Part shown: piece by piece, positions 8,828-19,427 of the stretch
Layout of the letters: every line of letters begins with the position of its first letter
Numbering within the stretch: the stretch's first letter is position 1
NCBI GenBank assembly: GCA_040882355.1
Contig: JBBEBM010000035.1
Span: 1 to 64,000 of the forward strand
From: Dehalococcoidia bacterium
GTDB lineage: Bacteria > Chloroflexota > Dehalococcoidia > DSTF01 > RBG-16-68-14
DNA: 64,000 nucleotides
Reading direction: 5' to 3'
Translations under genes and position numbers: made by a program
The notes under the pieces: generated by a model
What the model was told of the DNA's origin: nothing
Seen by the model: only the letters and a program-made list of their open reading frames with translations
Database searches by the model: none

Positions 8828-9871
8828 GTGATGAAAGCCCTCATCTTCCACGAGCCGGGCCGCATCGCCGTCGAGGACGCGCCCGACCGGACGCCCGGCA
8901 GCGGTGAGGCGCTCCTGCGCGTGGGCGCCGCCGCCATCTGTCATTCCGACATCCGCGTCTACCAGGGCCAGAAGCACGCCCGGCCCGGCGTCATCCCTGG
9001 CCACGAGATCGCGGCCACCGTTGAAGCGGTCGGCGCGGGCGTGGAGTCGCCTCGCGTGGGCGATCGCGTTGTCGTCTGCCCGATCGTCTCGTGCGGGCGC
9101 TGCATCTTCTGCGTGAACGGTCGACGCCAACGCTGCCATGAGCGGCGTACCCTTGGCTACGACGACGACGGCGGGCTGGCGGAGCGCCTGCTCGTGCCGG
9201 CGGCGATCGTTTCGCTCGGGCACCTGCTGCCCGTGCCCGACGGCCTCTCACTGGAGCGCGCAGCCGTCACCGAGCCGATCGCGTGCGTGCTCAACTCGCT
9301 GGAGACGTGCGGCATCACCGCGGGCAGCAGCCTCGCCGTGATCGGCGGCGGGCCGATGGGCCTGTTCCACGTGCTGCTGGCGCGCGCGCTCGGCGCCGGC
9401 GTCATCGTCGTCAGCGAACCGGACGAACAGCGGTCGGAGTTCGCCCGCAAGCTCGGCGCGACGACCGTCCTCGACCCGCGTCGAGACGACCTCGTCTCGA
9501 TCGTGAAGGAGCGCACCGGCGGCCTGGGCGCCGACGCCGTCGTGATCAGCGCCGGCATCACCCAGGCGCTCGACGCGAGCCTGGCCTGCGTTGCGCGCCA
9601 GGGCGTCGTCAACTTGTTCGCCGGCTTTCCGCCGAACTCCAGCGTCGCGCTCGACCCGAACGCGGTCCACTACAGCGAAGTACGGCTCACCGGGAGCCAG
9701 AACGCCTCGCCCGACCAGTACCGGCGCGTGCTCCAGCTCCTGCCCCACCTGCCGGAAGCCGACACGATTACCACGCATCGCTTCCCGCTGGCCGACGCGA
9801 CCGCCGCCTACGAAGTGCGCCTGCGCAACGAAGGGTTGAAGTCGATGGTGCTGGTGGGAGCTGCGACGTAG
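8828..9871 (+). CDS. zinc-binding alcohol/sorbitol dehydrogenase family
   Basis: ICHSD, GHE, CGRCIFC..C zinc motifs and a GGGPMG Rossmann motif. Confidence 0.9.
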   Translation: MMKALIFHEPGRIAVEDAPDRTPGSGEALLRVGAAAICHSDIRVYQGQKHARPGVIPGHEIAATVEAVGAGVESPRVGDRVVVCPIVSCGRCIFCVNGRRQRCHERRTLGYDDDGGLAERLLVPAAIVSLGHLLPVPDGLSLERAAVTEPIACVLNSLETCGITAGSSLAVIGGGPMGLFHVLLARALGAGVIVVSEPDEQRSEFARKLGATTVLDPRRDDLVSIVKERTGGLGADAVVISAGITQALDASLACVARQGVVNLFAGFPPNSSVALDPNAVHYSEVRLTGSQNASPDQYRRVLQLLPHLPEADTITTHRFPLADATAAYEVRLRNEGLKSMVLVGAAT

Positions 9872-9990
9872 CGGCGGCCCTCAAGCCTCGCCACAACCTT
9901 GACGCCGAGGCTTTCCAGGCTCGGCTACGGGAGCTCCGGGCGGGAGGGCTCAGGGACGAGCGTTGGTGGCGACCTGAAGGTCGCCGCTAC
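9868..9990. repeat. cluster of GTAG/CTAC-type REPs
   Basis: GTAGCGGCGG..CTCGCC; GCCGAGGCTTTCCAGGCTCGGCTAC; GGCGACCTGAAGGTCGCCGCTAC. Related copies at 16488-16512 and 24765-24789. Confidence 0.65.
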
Positions 9991-9998
9991 GCGGCTAG

Positions 9999-11396
9999 TT
10001 ATTCCTCGGGCGTCGGCGTGGCCGAGCTGCCGAAGGGGTGGTCGAGCGTCTCGGCGCCCAGGATGACGACTACGTCCGTCGTCGGGCCGTTGCGCAGTGC
10101 GGCGTCGGTGGCGCCGGCCTGGCGAATGCGGTTCGCGGGCACGTTGAGCAGCGTCGCTAGCCGCTGGACCGTCTCCGGCTTGCCTGAGAAGTCGACGATC
10201 TCCGTCAGGGGCCGCACCTGGCCGTCCGTGGGGTTGCCCGCGCTGAGCTGGGCACCCTCGACACCGGAGGTTGTGAGGTATTCGACTGCGCTGGCGGCCA
10301 TGCCGTCGCCGCCGGTGCCGTTCTGCACTTCGACGAGCGCCTGCTCACCTTCGGCAACTTGATCGGCGAAGACTTCCGCCACCATGCGCCGCACCAGCTC
10401 GTCGTCGGCGATGAGGACCGACGCGCCTTGCGCCGTCGTGTAGTTCACCGTCGCGTGCCCGATCGAGTAGCCGACGATGTTCGCCTCCTCGATCTGGGTT
10501 GCGAGGTCGGCGAGGCCGGGGATCTGGACGTCGCTGACGTCCGTCTCGATCGTGTCCTTGAACTCGCCCCAGAGCTCGAGGAGCTTGTCGGGGTGGAGTA
10601 GATCGAGCGCAGTCGCTTTCTCGATCGCGGCGAAGATCACCCGCTGCTGGCGCTGGATGCGGTCGAGGTCACTGTTGTTGTAGCGCGTTCGCGCGTAACC
10701 GAGCGCGTACGTGCCGTTCATGTGATGCATGCCCACCTCGAAGTGGAGCGGGAGGTAGTCGCCGGGGTCCTCGGTGTGCGAGTAGCGCGGGTCGTTGATC
10801 TCCTCCGGCACGTAGACATCAATGCCGCCCAGCGAATCGATCAGGCCGACGAACGCTTCGAAGTCGATCACCACGTGGTCGTCGAGCGACACGCCATACT
10901 CGTCGAGGTGGAGGTTGTGTTTGAGCACCTCGGTCACTAGGCCGATGCCGCCGCCCGGATACTCCTCCAGCTCGCCGATGACGTAGGCGGTGTTGACGCG
11001 GTCGTGGTAGTAGCCGTTGCCATTCTTGTACGGGATCTCCACCCACCAGTCGCGCGGGATGCCGAGCATCTTCGCCGTCTTCGTCTTCGGGTCGATCGTG
11101 ACGATGATCATCGTGTCAGTACGGGTAGGGGCGTCGCCCTCGTGCGGCCGGCGGTCCAGGCCGAGGACGAGGAAGTTGATCCGGTCCTCCAGACCGTCGC
11201 CATCGTCCTCCACGCCGGGCACCGAAACGGGCAGGCTCAGGGTGCGGCCGGGGAAGAGCAGATCGTCGACGCGGGTGGCGATGACGAGTGTGAGCCAGCC
11301 GGCGGCGACGAGAATGAGGACACCCACGAGCGCGACCAGGAGGCGCTGCGTCAGCTTGCTACTGCCGGTGCGACGGGGTGAGTACGCGTCTGACAC
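9999..11396 (-). CDS. LCP (LytR-CpsA-Psr) family protein with LytR C-terminal domain
   Basis: TM segment, then LGLDRR, RTDTM, IPRD, ARTR and DRIQRQQ; C-terminal VEVQNGTG..VVVILG. Confidence 0.9.
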   Translation of the reverse strand: MSDAYSPRRTGSSKLTQRLLVALVGVLILVAAGWLTLVIATRVDDLLFPGRTLSLPVSVPGVEDDGDGLEDRINFLVLGLDRRPHEGDAPTRTDTMIIVTIDPKTKTAKMLGIPRDWWVEIPYKNGNGYYHDRVNTAYVIGELEEYPGGGIGLVTEVLKHNLHLDEYGVSLDDHVVIDFEAFVGLIDSLGGIDVYVPEEINDPRYSHTEDPGDYLPLHFEVGMHHMNGTYALGYARTRYNNSDLDRIQRQQRVIFAAIEKATALDLLHPDKLLELWGEFKDTIETDVSDVQIPGLADLATQIEEANIVGYSIGHATVNYTTAQGASVLIADDELVRRMVAEVFADQVAEGEQALVEVQNGTGGDGMAASAVEYLTTSGVEGAQLSAGNPTDGQVRPLTEIVDFSGKPETVQRLATLLNVPANRIRQAGATDAALRNGPTTDVVVILGAETLDHPFGSSATPTPEE

Positions 11397-11524
11397 GTTG
11401 GGTTGAGGGTATGCGGCGAGATCTTAAGGGTCAAGCGGCTCGGCCTCGTTGTTCGACGCTCAACGTTCGAGGAGTAGCCGCCACTTTTCGCGACCCTCGA
11501 CCCGCGACCCGCGGTGGCGCGGGG

Positions 11525-13168
11525 CTAGGCGCAGCTATGCCCGAACTGCGCGACGATCAGCCCGAGGTCCTGCGCCGTGATGCTGCCGTTGGGCGGACCG
11601 GCGTTCCACAGGTTTGGCCCCACCAGCGTCCGGTCGAAGGCAGTGTGGTACGCGGGCGCGAGCGCCGGCTCTGACAGCGGATCGATGTCAGGATCGCCCG
11701 TCGCGCCAAAGCGCGCAACAACTCGGGCAAGATCGCCGGCCGTAACAACCCGATCGTGAACGTTGAGGGCGTCGGGAGTGTCGAAGAAGTCCCAGCCGTT
11801 CTTTGGGTCACGCTCGCCACCCTGAAGCGCGTCTGGTCCGCGCTCCCGTTGGGCCAGACACTGGTCCATATCCACGTCGATCAGCACCTCGGTCGCCGCC
11901 GTTCGCAGCTCGGTCGTCCCGTCGCCAAGCTGACCAGACTGATTGAGGCCCCAGCACTCAATGCTCGCGTCTGCCATCAGCGCGCAACTGTGGGTACCGC
12001 CCCCGACGACCGCCGTCGCCGGCCCGTCGAGCCCGACGACGTCCCGGGGCGTCGGCCAGGGCGTATCGGTCGTGCCGTCGCCGAGCTGGCCGCCGTCGTT
12101 CAGGCCCCAGCACTGGATGGCGCCATTCTGGGGCAAGACGACACAGCTATGGCCATTGCCCAGCCCCAGGACCGTGACGCCCGCCGGGAGGCCTTCCATA
12201 TCCTGAGGCGTGGCTCGGTACGCGCCAGCAAAGCAGCAGGTACCGCCTTGTCCACCGATTTGGCCGGCCTCGTTGCGGCCCCAGCATCTGACTCCCGTTT
12301 CAGCCGGGTCGGACGTGGGCTCGACGACGGCGCACGTATGCCCGCGCGCCGCGATTGCACCGGCAGCGCCAGAGAGGAGCTGCGTGCAGCTCTGGCCTAC
12401 GTCGTCGTAGACCTGGCAGACGTCCACCGGGTCGGTGCTATCGATCGTCGTACCGTTCCCCAACTGCCCCCTGTAGTTCGCTCCCCAGCACCTGATCCCG
12501 CCCGTGCCGAGCACGGCGCACGTGTGTTCGATCCCGGCGGCGATCGCGACCACACCGCTGTCGAGGCTATTGACGTCGACTGGAACGGTGCTGCATGGGA
12601 ATGAGAACGAGAGGATCACGCAGAACTCCAGTGTTTGCGTGCCGAGCTGTCCGAAGTTGTTCAGCCCCCAGCACCGCACGCCTCCGGCGCTCGTAAGCGC
12701 ACAGGTGTGGTTGGTTCCCGAGGAGATGGCGATAACGCCGCTGCTCAGCCCTGAGACCTCGACGGGCGCCGGACAGTTCATGTCTCCGCAGGCCTGGCCG
12801 TCACCGAGCTGGCCGTGGAAGTTCTTGCCCCAACACTTCACCCCTCCGGTTCCACCAACAAGAGCGCAGGTGTGGGCCAACCCGGCCGAGATGGCCGTTA
12901 CATTTCTGAGGACCCCGCCCGTCCCATCAACGACCAGCCCCGGAATCGGGTTGGGGTCAGACGGACCTTCCGCGCCGTTGCCGAGCTGACCGTTCTCGTT
13001 GAGTCCCCAGCATTGGACCGCGCCGCCTTGAACGATAGCGCATGTGTGGGAATCGCCTGCGGCAATTGCGCTGAGGCCGCTAGCGACTGCAGGCCCCGGG
13101 CTGGCCAAGAAGGGAGCCGCCGCCAAGGTGAGCAGGAAGATGACTCTGGCCCTCGTGGGGATGCTCAT
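11525..13168 (-). CDS. secreted RCC1-repeat protein with a 'flexitail'-like C-terminal domain
   Basis: Signal peptide; repeated HTCA...V.CWG.N..GQLG; C-terminal GGERDPKNGWDFFD...YHTAFDR...QFGHSC. Confidence 0.85.
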   Translation of the reverse strand: MSIPTRARVIFLLTLAAAPFLASPGPAVASGLSAIAAGDSHTCAIVQGGAVQCWGLNENGQLGNGAEGPSDPNPIPGLVVDGTGGVLRNVTAISAGLAHTCALVGGTGGVKCWGKNFHGQLGDGQACGDMNCPAPVEVSGLSSGVIAISSGTNHTCALTSAGGVRCWGLNNFGQLGTQTLEFCVILSFSFPCSTVPVDVNSLDSGVVAIAAGIEHTCAVLGTGGIRCWGANYRGQLGNGTTIDSTDPVDVCQVYDDVGQSCTQLLSGAAGAIAARGHTCAVVEPTSDPAETGVRCWGRNEAGQIGGQGGTCCFAGAYRATPQDMEGLPAGVTVLGLGNGHSCVVLPQNGAIQCWGLNDGGQLGDGTTDTPWPTPRDVVGLDGPATAVVGGGTHSCALMADASIECWGLNQSGQLGDGTTELRTAATEVLIDVDMDQCLAQRERGPDALQGGERDPKNGWDFFDTPDALNVHDRVVTAGDLARVVARFGATGDPDIDPLSEPALAPAYHTAFDRTLVGPNLWNAGPPNGSITAQDLGLIVAQFGHSCA

Positions 13169-13381
13169 GATCTGTTCGTGTCCTTGAACGGCGAAGCACC
13201 ACCCAGTGTAACAAGTTCACTTGAGGGCTGCCTCGCACACCTGGATGCGCGGGCCGGGCGGCCGGCGTGGCGGCCGTCCGACCGACGCCAGCGGTCTGCT
13301 ATACTGCGCGCCGCAGGACCTATGTGCGCCCACCCGGGCGACCGGATGGCCGCCCTTACGACCTGCTAACGGAGGCACTCT

Positions 13382-14785
13382 GTGACGACGACCACCGATC
13401 TCTGCTATCTCACGCTGCACGAGCTGGCGCAGCGCATTCGCGCGAAAGAGGTCAGTCCTGTCGAGGCGACGCTGGCGACGTTGGAGCGCATCGAGCGGCT
13501 CAACCCGACCCTCAACTCGTTCATCACGGTGATGGCCGAGCAAGCGCTCGCCGGCGCGCGAGCGGCCGGGAGCGAGATCGCGGCCGGTAACTACCGCGGC
13601 CCGCTCCACGGCGTGCCCATCGGCGTAAAGGACCTCTGCGCGACGAAGGGGGTGCGCACCACCGCCGCATCGAAGATCCTCAGCGACTGGGTGCCGGACG
13701 AGGACTCGACCGTCGTGAGGAAGCTCCGCGAGGCCGGCGCCGTGATCGTCGGCAAGACGAACCTGCACGAGTTCGCCTTCGGGGCGACCGGCGTGAGCCC
13801 GCACTTTGGGGCCGCGCACAACCCCTGGGACACCTCGCGCGTCACCGGAGGGTCGAGCAGCGGCTCCGGCAACGGCGTCGTCGCTGGGCTCTGCTTCGCC
13901 GCCATCGGCAGCGATACCGGCGGCTCGATCCGCATGCCTTCGGCGTTGTGCGGCGCGGTCGGGATCAAGCCGACGTATGGACGCGTCAGCCTGCGCGAGG
14001 TCGTGCCGCTTGCCTGGTCGCTCGACCACGTCGGCCCGATGGCGCGCACGACACGCGATTGCGCCCTGCTGCTGGAAGCGATCGCCGGCTATGACCCGGC
14101 GGACCCGACGAGCGCCAACGTGCCCGTCGAACGCTGGTCGGAGAAGCTGGAGGGTGGACTGGCCGGCCTGCGCATCGGCGTGCCAGAGACGTTCGCGTTC
14201 GAGCGCACGCAAGCGGATGTCGCCACTGTCGTGCGCGACGCGGTCGTTACGCTGAAGCGGCTCGGCGCCGAAGTGAAGCAGCTCGAGCTGCCGGTCTTAC
14301 GGGACTACTGGACGGCGGCGTCGGTGGTGCTCGTCGCTGAAGCGGCCGCCTACCACAAGAAGGACGTCGAGCAGCGCCCCCAAGACTACGGCGACGACGT
14401 GCTGCGGCGCCTCCAGGGCGGGCTCGACATGAAGGCGGTCGACTACGTCCACCAGGCCCGCGCGCGAGACGAAGCCCGTCGCGTGGCGGGCGACGTGCTG
14501 CTCTCAGACGTCGACCTGCTCGCCATGCCATCGACGATCCGCACCGCCGTGACCATCGACTCGATCACGAAAGACGATCCGACGCTCGGCTACACGCTGA
14601 TGACCGCGCCCTTCGACCTCACGGGCCAGCCGGCGATCTCGGTACCATGCGGCTTCACGGAGGAAGGGCTGCCCGTCGGCCTGCAGCTCGTCGGGCGCAG
14701 CTTCGACGAGGCGACGGTGCTGCGGGCGGCCCACGCCTTCGAGACGCAGTCGGGCGTCGCCCGGCCGCGTCCGCCGGTAGACTAA
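13382..14785 (+). CDS. amidase signature family protein
   Basis: GVPIGVKD, GKTNLHEFA, GGSSSGS and GSDTGGSIRMP motifs. Confidence 0.92.
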   Translation: MTTTTDLCYLTLHELAQRIRAKEVSPVEATLATLERIERLNPTLNSFITVMAEQALAGARAAGSEIAAGNYRGPLHGVPIGVKDLCATKGVRTTAASKILSDWVPDEDSTVVRKLREAGAVIVGKTNLHEFAFGATGVSPHFGAAHNPWDTSRVTGGSSSGSGNGVVAGLCFAAIGSDTGGSIRMPSALCGAVGIKPTYGRVSLREVVPLAWSLDHVGPMARTTRDCALLLEAIAGYDPADPTSANVPVERWSEKLEGGLAGLRIGVPETFAFERTQADVATVVRDAVVTLKRLGAEVKQLELPVLRDYWTAASVVLVAEAAAYHKKDVEQRPQDYGDDVLRRLQGGLDMKAVDYVHQARARDEARRVAGDVLLSDVDLLAMPSTIRTAVTIDSITKDDPTLGYTLMTAPFDLTGQPAISVPCGFTEEGLPVGLQLVGRSFDEATVLRAAHAFETQSGVARPRPPVD

Positions 14786-14790
14786 CGCCC

Positions 14791-15834
14791 ATGGCCGAAC
14801 GAGCAGGCCTCCATGCGGTGATGACGGCTCTGCGCCAGCCGAACGTGCTGGGCCTGGTGCGGCTCCTCGGCGACGCCAACGCCTATCTGCGAATCCAGTT
14901 CCTCTCCGCCGCGACGAGATCGGGCATGCTGGCGGCGCTGCAGACGCCTGGCACGCAGGACGAACTGGCGCAGAAGCTCAGCGTGAAGCGGCCGGAGTTG
15001 CTGGACGCGCTGCTCGAGCTGGGCGTCGCGGTGAAGGAGCTGTCGAAGAGCAACGGGGCGTATCGCATCAGCGGGCGGCGCTCGCGTGCGCTCCTCGACG
15101 GTGAGTCGGGCGACGCGCTCGCCGCGATCGTCGAGGAGGTCACGGGCTACCACGCCTCCGTCTACCAACTCCTCCCCGAGCGACTGCGCGGCGCTCCTGA
15201 CGGCGACTACCTCTCTGAGACGGGCGAGCTGATCGCGCGGTCGTCCCGCTCGTTCGAGCCTTTCGTCGCCAACTTCGTCCGCTCGATCGCCAGCGCCAGC
15301 CGCCCGATCCGCATGCTCGAAGTGGGCTGCGGCTCCGGCGTCTATCTGCGTCACGCAGCGGAGGCCAACCCCCAGCTCACCGGCGTCGGCATCGACCTGC
15401 AGGAGAGCGTCGTGCAGCATGCGCAAGCGAACCTGGAGCGCTGGGGCATGGGTGGGCGCTTCCAGGTGCTCGTCGCAGACGCGCGTCAGCCGCCGGCGGA
15501 GCTCGACGGCCCTTTCGACCTGATCACGCTCTACAACAACATCTACTACTTCACTCACGAAGAGCGTCCACCGCTGCTCCGGCGGCTCCGTTCGTGGCTC
15601 GCGCCGAGCGGGTCGTTCGCGCTCGTCACGCTGATGCGCAGCGCGACACCCGCCGCCGCTGACCTCGACCTTGCGCTACGCTGTACGGAGGGCTGCACGG
15701 GCCTGCCTTCGCTCGATGAGGTGCGGGAGCTGCTCCAGGAATGCGGCTTCGTCGTCGCCAGGACGGTGAAGCTGATCCCCGGCGAGGCGTTCTTCGGACT
15801 GGTCGCCGCGCCCGATACTACTACTGGAGGGTAG
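14791..15834 (+). CDS. class I SAM-dependent methyltransferase with N-terminal winged-helix-like region
   Basis: LEVGCGSG motif; ATG 14791 lies directly after the amidase stop. Confidence 0.85.
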   Translation: MAERAGLHAVMTALRQPNVLGLVRLLGDANAYLRIQFLSAATRSGMLAALQTPGTQDELAQKLSVKRPELLDALLELGVAVKELSKSNGAYRISGRRSRALLDGESGDALAAIVEEVTGYHASVYQLLPERLRGAPDGDYLSETGELIARSSRSFEPFVANFVRSIASASRPIRMLEVGCGSGVYLRHAAEANPQLTGVGIDLQESVVQHAQANLERWGMGGRFQVLVADARQPPAELDGPFDLITLYNNIYYFTHEERPPLLRRLRSWLAPSGSFALVTLMRSATPAAADLDLALRCTEGCTGLPSLDEVRELLQECGFVVARTVKLIPGEAFFGLVAAPDTTTGG

Positions 15835-15836
15835 CC

Positions 15837-16466
15837 ATGGTACAAGCCACCGCTCGCACACTCAGCTTCGCCTCAGGCGATCTCTCGTTGGAGGGGGCGC
15901 TTCACCTTCCAGACGGCGAGACGCCGTCGCCCGGCGTCGTCGTCTGCCACCCGCACCCGCTGTACGGGGGTGACATGGAGAGCAACGTCGTCATCGCCGC
16001 CTGCGAGGCGCTCTCCGCGCGCGGCTACGTCGCGCTGCGCTTCAACTTCCGCGGCGTCGGCGAGAGCGAGGGCGCGTTCGATCAGGGCAAGGGCGAGATC
16101 GAGGACGTGCGCGCCGCGCTCGAGCACCTCACGTCGTTACCGGAGGTGGATGCGGATCGCATCGGGCTCGCCGGCTACTCGTTCGGCGCGATCGTCTCGG
16201 CTGAGGCCGCGAGCGGCGCTCTCCGCGGCCTCGCGCTGATCTCGCCGCCGCTCGCCTTCGCCGACCTGCGCGTCGACTGGGGCTGCCCGGCGCTGGTGCT
16301 GGGCGGCGGCGACGACACCTTCGGCCCGCCGGACCGGCTGCGCGTCGCGGCGAACGCGCCGGACGTTGAGCTGCGGATCATCGACGGCGTCGACCACTCG
16401 TGGTGGGGCAACGAACAGGAGATGGGGGAGACGCTCGTCGAGTTCTTCGCGCGCCGGTTCGCGTAG
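15837..16466 (+). CDS. alpha/beta hydrolase
   Basis: CHPHPLYGGDM, RFNFRGVG and GYSFG motifs; RBS GGAGG. Confidence 0.9.
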   Translation: MVQATARTLSFASGDLSLEGALHLPDGETPSPGVVVCHPHPLYGGDMESNVVIAACEALSARGYVALRFNFRGVGESEGAFDQGKGEIEDVRAALEHLTSLPEVDADRIGLAGYSFGAIVSAEAASGALRGLALISPPLAFADLRVDWGCPALVLGGGDDTFGPPDRLRVAANAPDVELRIIDGVDHSWWGNEQEMGETLVEFFARRFA

Positions 16467-16617
16467 CGAGCGCCACATCCACGCGCCGTAGCCGAGGCTT
16501 TCCAGCCTCAGCGTCGAATCCTCCGTCTGAGACGCTGCGCGTTTCAACGCGCAGACGTGCAATAGCCGCATCAGTCTGTACTCATCTGTGCCCATCTGTG
16601 GCATACTACGCCTCGCC

Positions 16618-17931
16618 ATGCCTGAGGCGCTCTTCATTCGCGACGTTACGCTGATCGACGGCACCGGGGCACCGCCTGTGGAGGGCGCCGCCATCGCCAT
16701 CGAGGACGGGCGCATCACCGCGGCCGGGCCCGCCGCGCAGGTGACGCCGCCCGGGGGCGCTGAGGTGATCGACGGGCGGGGACGCTGGGCGGTGCCCGGC
16801 TTGATCGACACCCACATGCACCTGGAGTTGGTCAGCCGCGACGCGCTGCCGGTGTACCTCGCGCTAGGCGTCACCACGGTCCGCGACCTGGGCGGCGACA
16901 TCGGCTTCTTGACCGAGACGCGTCGAATGCTCGACGAAGGGGGGCTCGTCGGGCCGCGGCTGCTCTTCACCGGCCCGATGGTCGACGGCGTGCCGCCGAC
17001 GTGGCCCGCGCTCGTGCGCTCGACGCCCGATGCGGAGGCGGCGGTGCGCGCGGTGCAGGAGCACCTGGCCGCCGGCGCCGATGCGATCAAGCTCTACACC
17101 ACCCTCCTGCCCGGCGCGCTCCGTCGCTGCGTCGAGCACGTTGCCGGACGCGTCCCCGTCACGGGCCACCTGGGTGCGACGCGCGCGAGCGAGGCGATGG
17201 AGGCGGGCATCAACGGCCTGGAGCACGCGCTGCTCACGCCCTACAACGACTTCGTCCCGGAGGAGCTGCGCACGACGCCCGAAGAGACGATGTCCACGCC
17301 CGGCTTCTGGGCGAAGATGAACCAGGGGTGGCTCAAGGCCGACTTCGGTTCGGGAGATGCGCAGCGCTGGATCGCGCTCCTCGTCGAACGCGACGTCTCG
17401 TTCTGCCCGACGCTCACCGTCCTGCCGGGCGCCGGCGACGAGCCCGACCCGGAGGAGCTGCGCTACGTGCCGCGGGTCGCGGAGCGCTGGCTGGACGCGA
17501 CGCGACAGCGCGAGCTGCTCCGCCCGTCGCCCGAGATGCAGGAGTGGGCGCGCAAGGTGCGCGGCATCCTCCAGGAGCTGGTGCGACGCGTTCACGAGGG
17601 AGGCGGGCGCATCGTCTCCGGCACGGACACGGGCGCCGTGCGCAGCCTGGTGCCGGGCTTCGCCTTGCACCGGGAGCTATCGTTCCTGTTGGGCGCCGGC
17701 CTCTCGAACATGGACGTGCTCCGCGCCGGCACCGCTCGCGCCGCCGAGGCGCTCTGGCGCAGCGATCTGGGTACGATCGAGCCGGGCAAGCGAGCCGACG
17801 TCCTGCTGCTCCACCGCGACCCGCTCGTCGACCTCACCGCCCTGCGCGACATCGAGCGCGTCGTGCTCGCCGGCCACGCCTTCGACCCAGCGGCGCTGCT
17901 GGCGGAGGCGCGTGGCGCCGCGGAGGGTTGA
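16618..17931 (+). CDS. metal-dependent amidohydrolase
   Basis: PGLIDTHMH, GVTTVRD, GTDTG and GTIEPGKRAD motifs. Confidence 0.9.
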   Translation: MPEALFIRDVTLIDGTGAPPVEGAAIAIEDGRITAAGPAAQVTPPGGAEVIDGRGRWAVPGLIDTHMHLELVSRDALPVYLALGVTTVRDLGGDIGFLTETRRMLDEGGLVGPRLLFTGPMVDGVPPTWPALVRSTPDAEAAVRAVQEHLAAGADAIKLYTTLLPGALRRCVEHVAGRVPVTGHLGATRASEAMEAGINGLEHALLTPYNDFVPEELRTTPEETMSTPGFWAKMNQGWLKADFGSGDAQRWIALLVERDVSFCPTLTVLPGAGDEPDPEELRYVPRVAERWLDATRQRELLRPSPEMQEWARKVRGILQELVRRVHEGGGRIVSGTDTGAVRSLVPGFALHRELSFLLGAGLSNMDVLRAGTARAAEALWRSDLGTIEPGKRADVLLLHRDPLVDLTALRDIERVVLAGHAFDPAALLAEARGAAEG

Positions 17932-17993
17932 CCGACTCCCATCGCCGAACGTGACGGCGCTACTTCCGCGATACACGTTATAGTAGTCGTGCC

Positions 17994-19343
17994 ATGGAGC
18001 CGCGCACCCAGTACGCGCAGACTGCGGACGGCGTCAGCATCGCCTTCTGGATGGTCGGGGACGGTCCGCCCCTGGTCTACATCTCCAACGTCATCTGGAG
18101 TCACGCGCAACTGGAGTGGCAGTTTCCTGAGATCCGGCGCTGGTACGAACGGCTCGCAGAGTCGAGGACGCTCGTCCGCTTCGACCCCAGAGGGACCGGC
18201 CTCTCCGAGCGCGTCGTCGACGGGTTCTCGCTGGAGACGCTGCATATGGACTTGCAGGCGGTCGTTGAGCGAGCGGGCCTCGAAAGGTTCGCGCTCTTCG
18301 CCGCCATCAATGCGGCGCCCCTCGCCATCTCGTACGCCGCCCGGTGCCCGGAGCGCGTGTCTCATCTCATCCTGTGGTGCTACGCGCCGAACCTCGACAT
18401 CCCAGGTTCCCGCTACGGATCGCTTAGGGCACTGCAACAGACTATGGATCGGGACTGGGAGACGTACACCGAGGCGCGGGCAGCTTTTGAATTCGGGTGG
18501 ACGGATGGCGACCTCGCACACAGGTATGCGGCGCTCCTGCGGGAGTGCATCGCGCCGGAGATGGCGCCACGGGCCTATGAGATGACGGAGCGATTCGATG
18601 TCACATCGCTGCTGCCAGAAGTCGTGGCGCCAACCTTGGTCCTCCACCGACAACAGCTCTACTTTTGGGACGTGGAGGCGTCCCGCAGCGTGGCCTCGCG
18701 GATCCCCGACGCTCGCCTCACCGTGTTAGGGGGCGTGTCCGCTGCCCCGTTCCACGGCGACGTTGAGAGCGTGCGCGGCGCCATCGAGGAGTTCCTGGGC
18801 GCGGATGAGACGGGCCAGCGGGCGGGAATTCACGGTGGAGGATTGGTGACCATCCTCTTCACCGACATGGAGTCATCCACCGCTCTCGGCCAGCGTCTCG
18901 GTGACGCCAAGACGCAGGACGTGCGCCGCGTGCACAACACGGTCGTCCGCGACGCGCTTAAAGCCCACGGCGGCAGCGAGGTCAAGCACACCGGCGATGG
19001 CATCATGGCGTCGTTCGCGACCGCATCCAGCGCGCTCAACTGTGCGGCAGCTATCCAGCGAGGCGTCGCGGCCCACATCGATTCGCATCCGGAATCGCCG
19101 CTTGGCGTGTACATCGGCTTGAACGCAGGAGAGCCGATCGCCGAGGAGCGCGACTTGTTCGGCACATCGGTTGACCTGGCGCGCCGCATCTGCGACCACG
19201 CCGCGCCGGGTCAGATCGTGGCCTCCAACGTCGTCCGCGAGCTGGTAGAGGGCAAGGGGTTCGCATTCAGCGATATCGGCGAGGTGCCCCTGAAGGGCTT
19301 CGACAGGGCGCTTCGGTTGTTCGAGCTGCGGTGGCGCGACTGA
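17994..19343 (+). CDS. alpha/beta hydrolase - class III adenylate/guanylate cyclase fusion
   Basis: N-terminal hydrolase fold (FDPRGTGLS); C-terminal ILFTD, KHTGDGIMA, GLNAGE, DLFG and LKGF motifs. Confidence 0.9.
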   Translation: MEPRTQYAQTADGVSIAFWMVGDGPPLVYISNVIWSHAQLEWQFPEIRRWYERLAESRTLVRFDPRGTGLSERVVDGFSLETLHMDLQAVVERAGLERFALFAAINAAPLAISYAARCPERVSHLILWCYAPNLDIPGSRYGSLRALQQTMDRDWETYTEARAAFEFGWTDGDLAHRYAALLRECIAPEMAPRAYEMTERFDVTSLLPEVVAPTLVLHRQQLYFWDVEASRSVASRIPDARLTVLGGVSAAPFHGDVESVRGAIEEFLGADETGQRAGIHGGGLVTILFTDMESSTALGQRLGDAKTQDVRRVHNTVVRDALKAHGGSEVKHTGDGIMASFATASSALNCAAAIQRGVAAHIDSHPESPLGVYIGLNAGEPIAEERDLFGTSVDLARRICDHAAPGQIVASNVVRELVEGKGFAFSDIGEVPLKGFDRALRLFELRWRD

Positions 19344-19427
19344 CAGTAAGGCGGCTCGCCCTTGACAGCGATCCAGGTTGGCACTATCATGTGTATACTT
19401 ACGAAAAGTTAGTTAGGAGACAGACCG

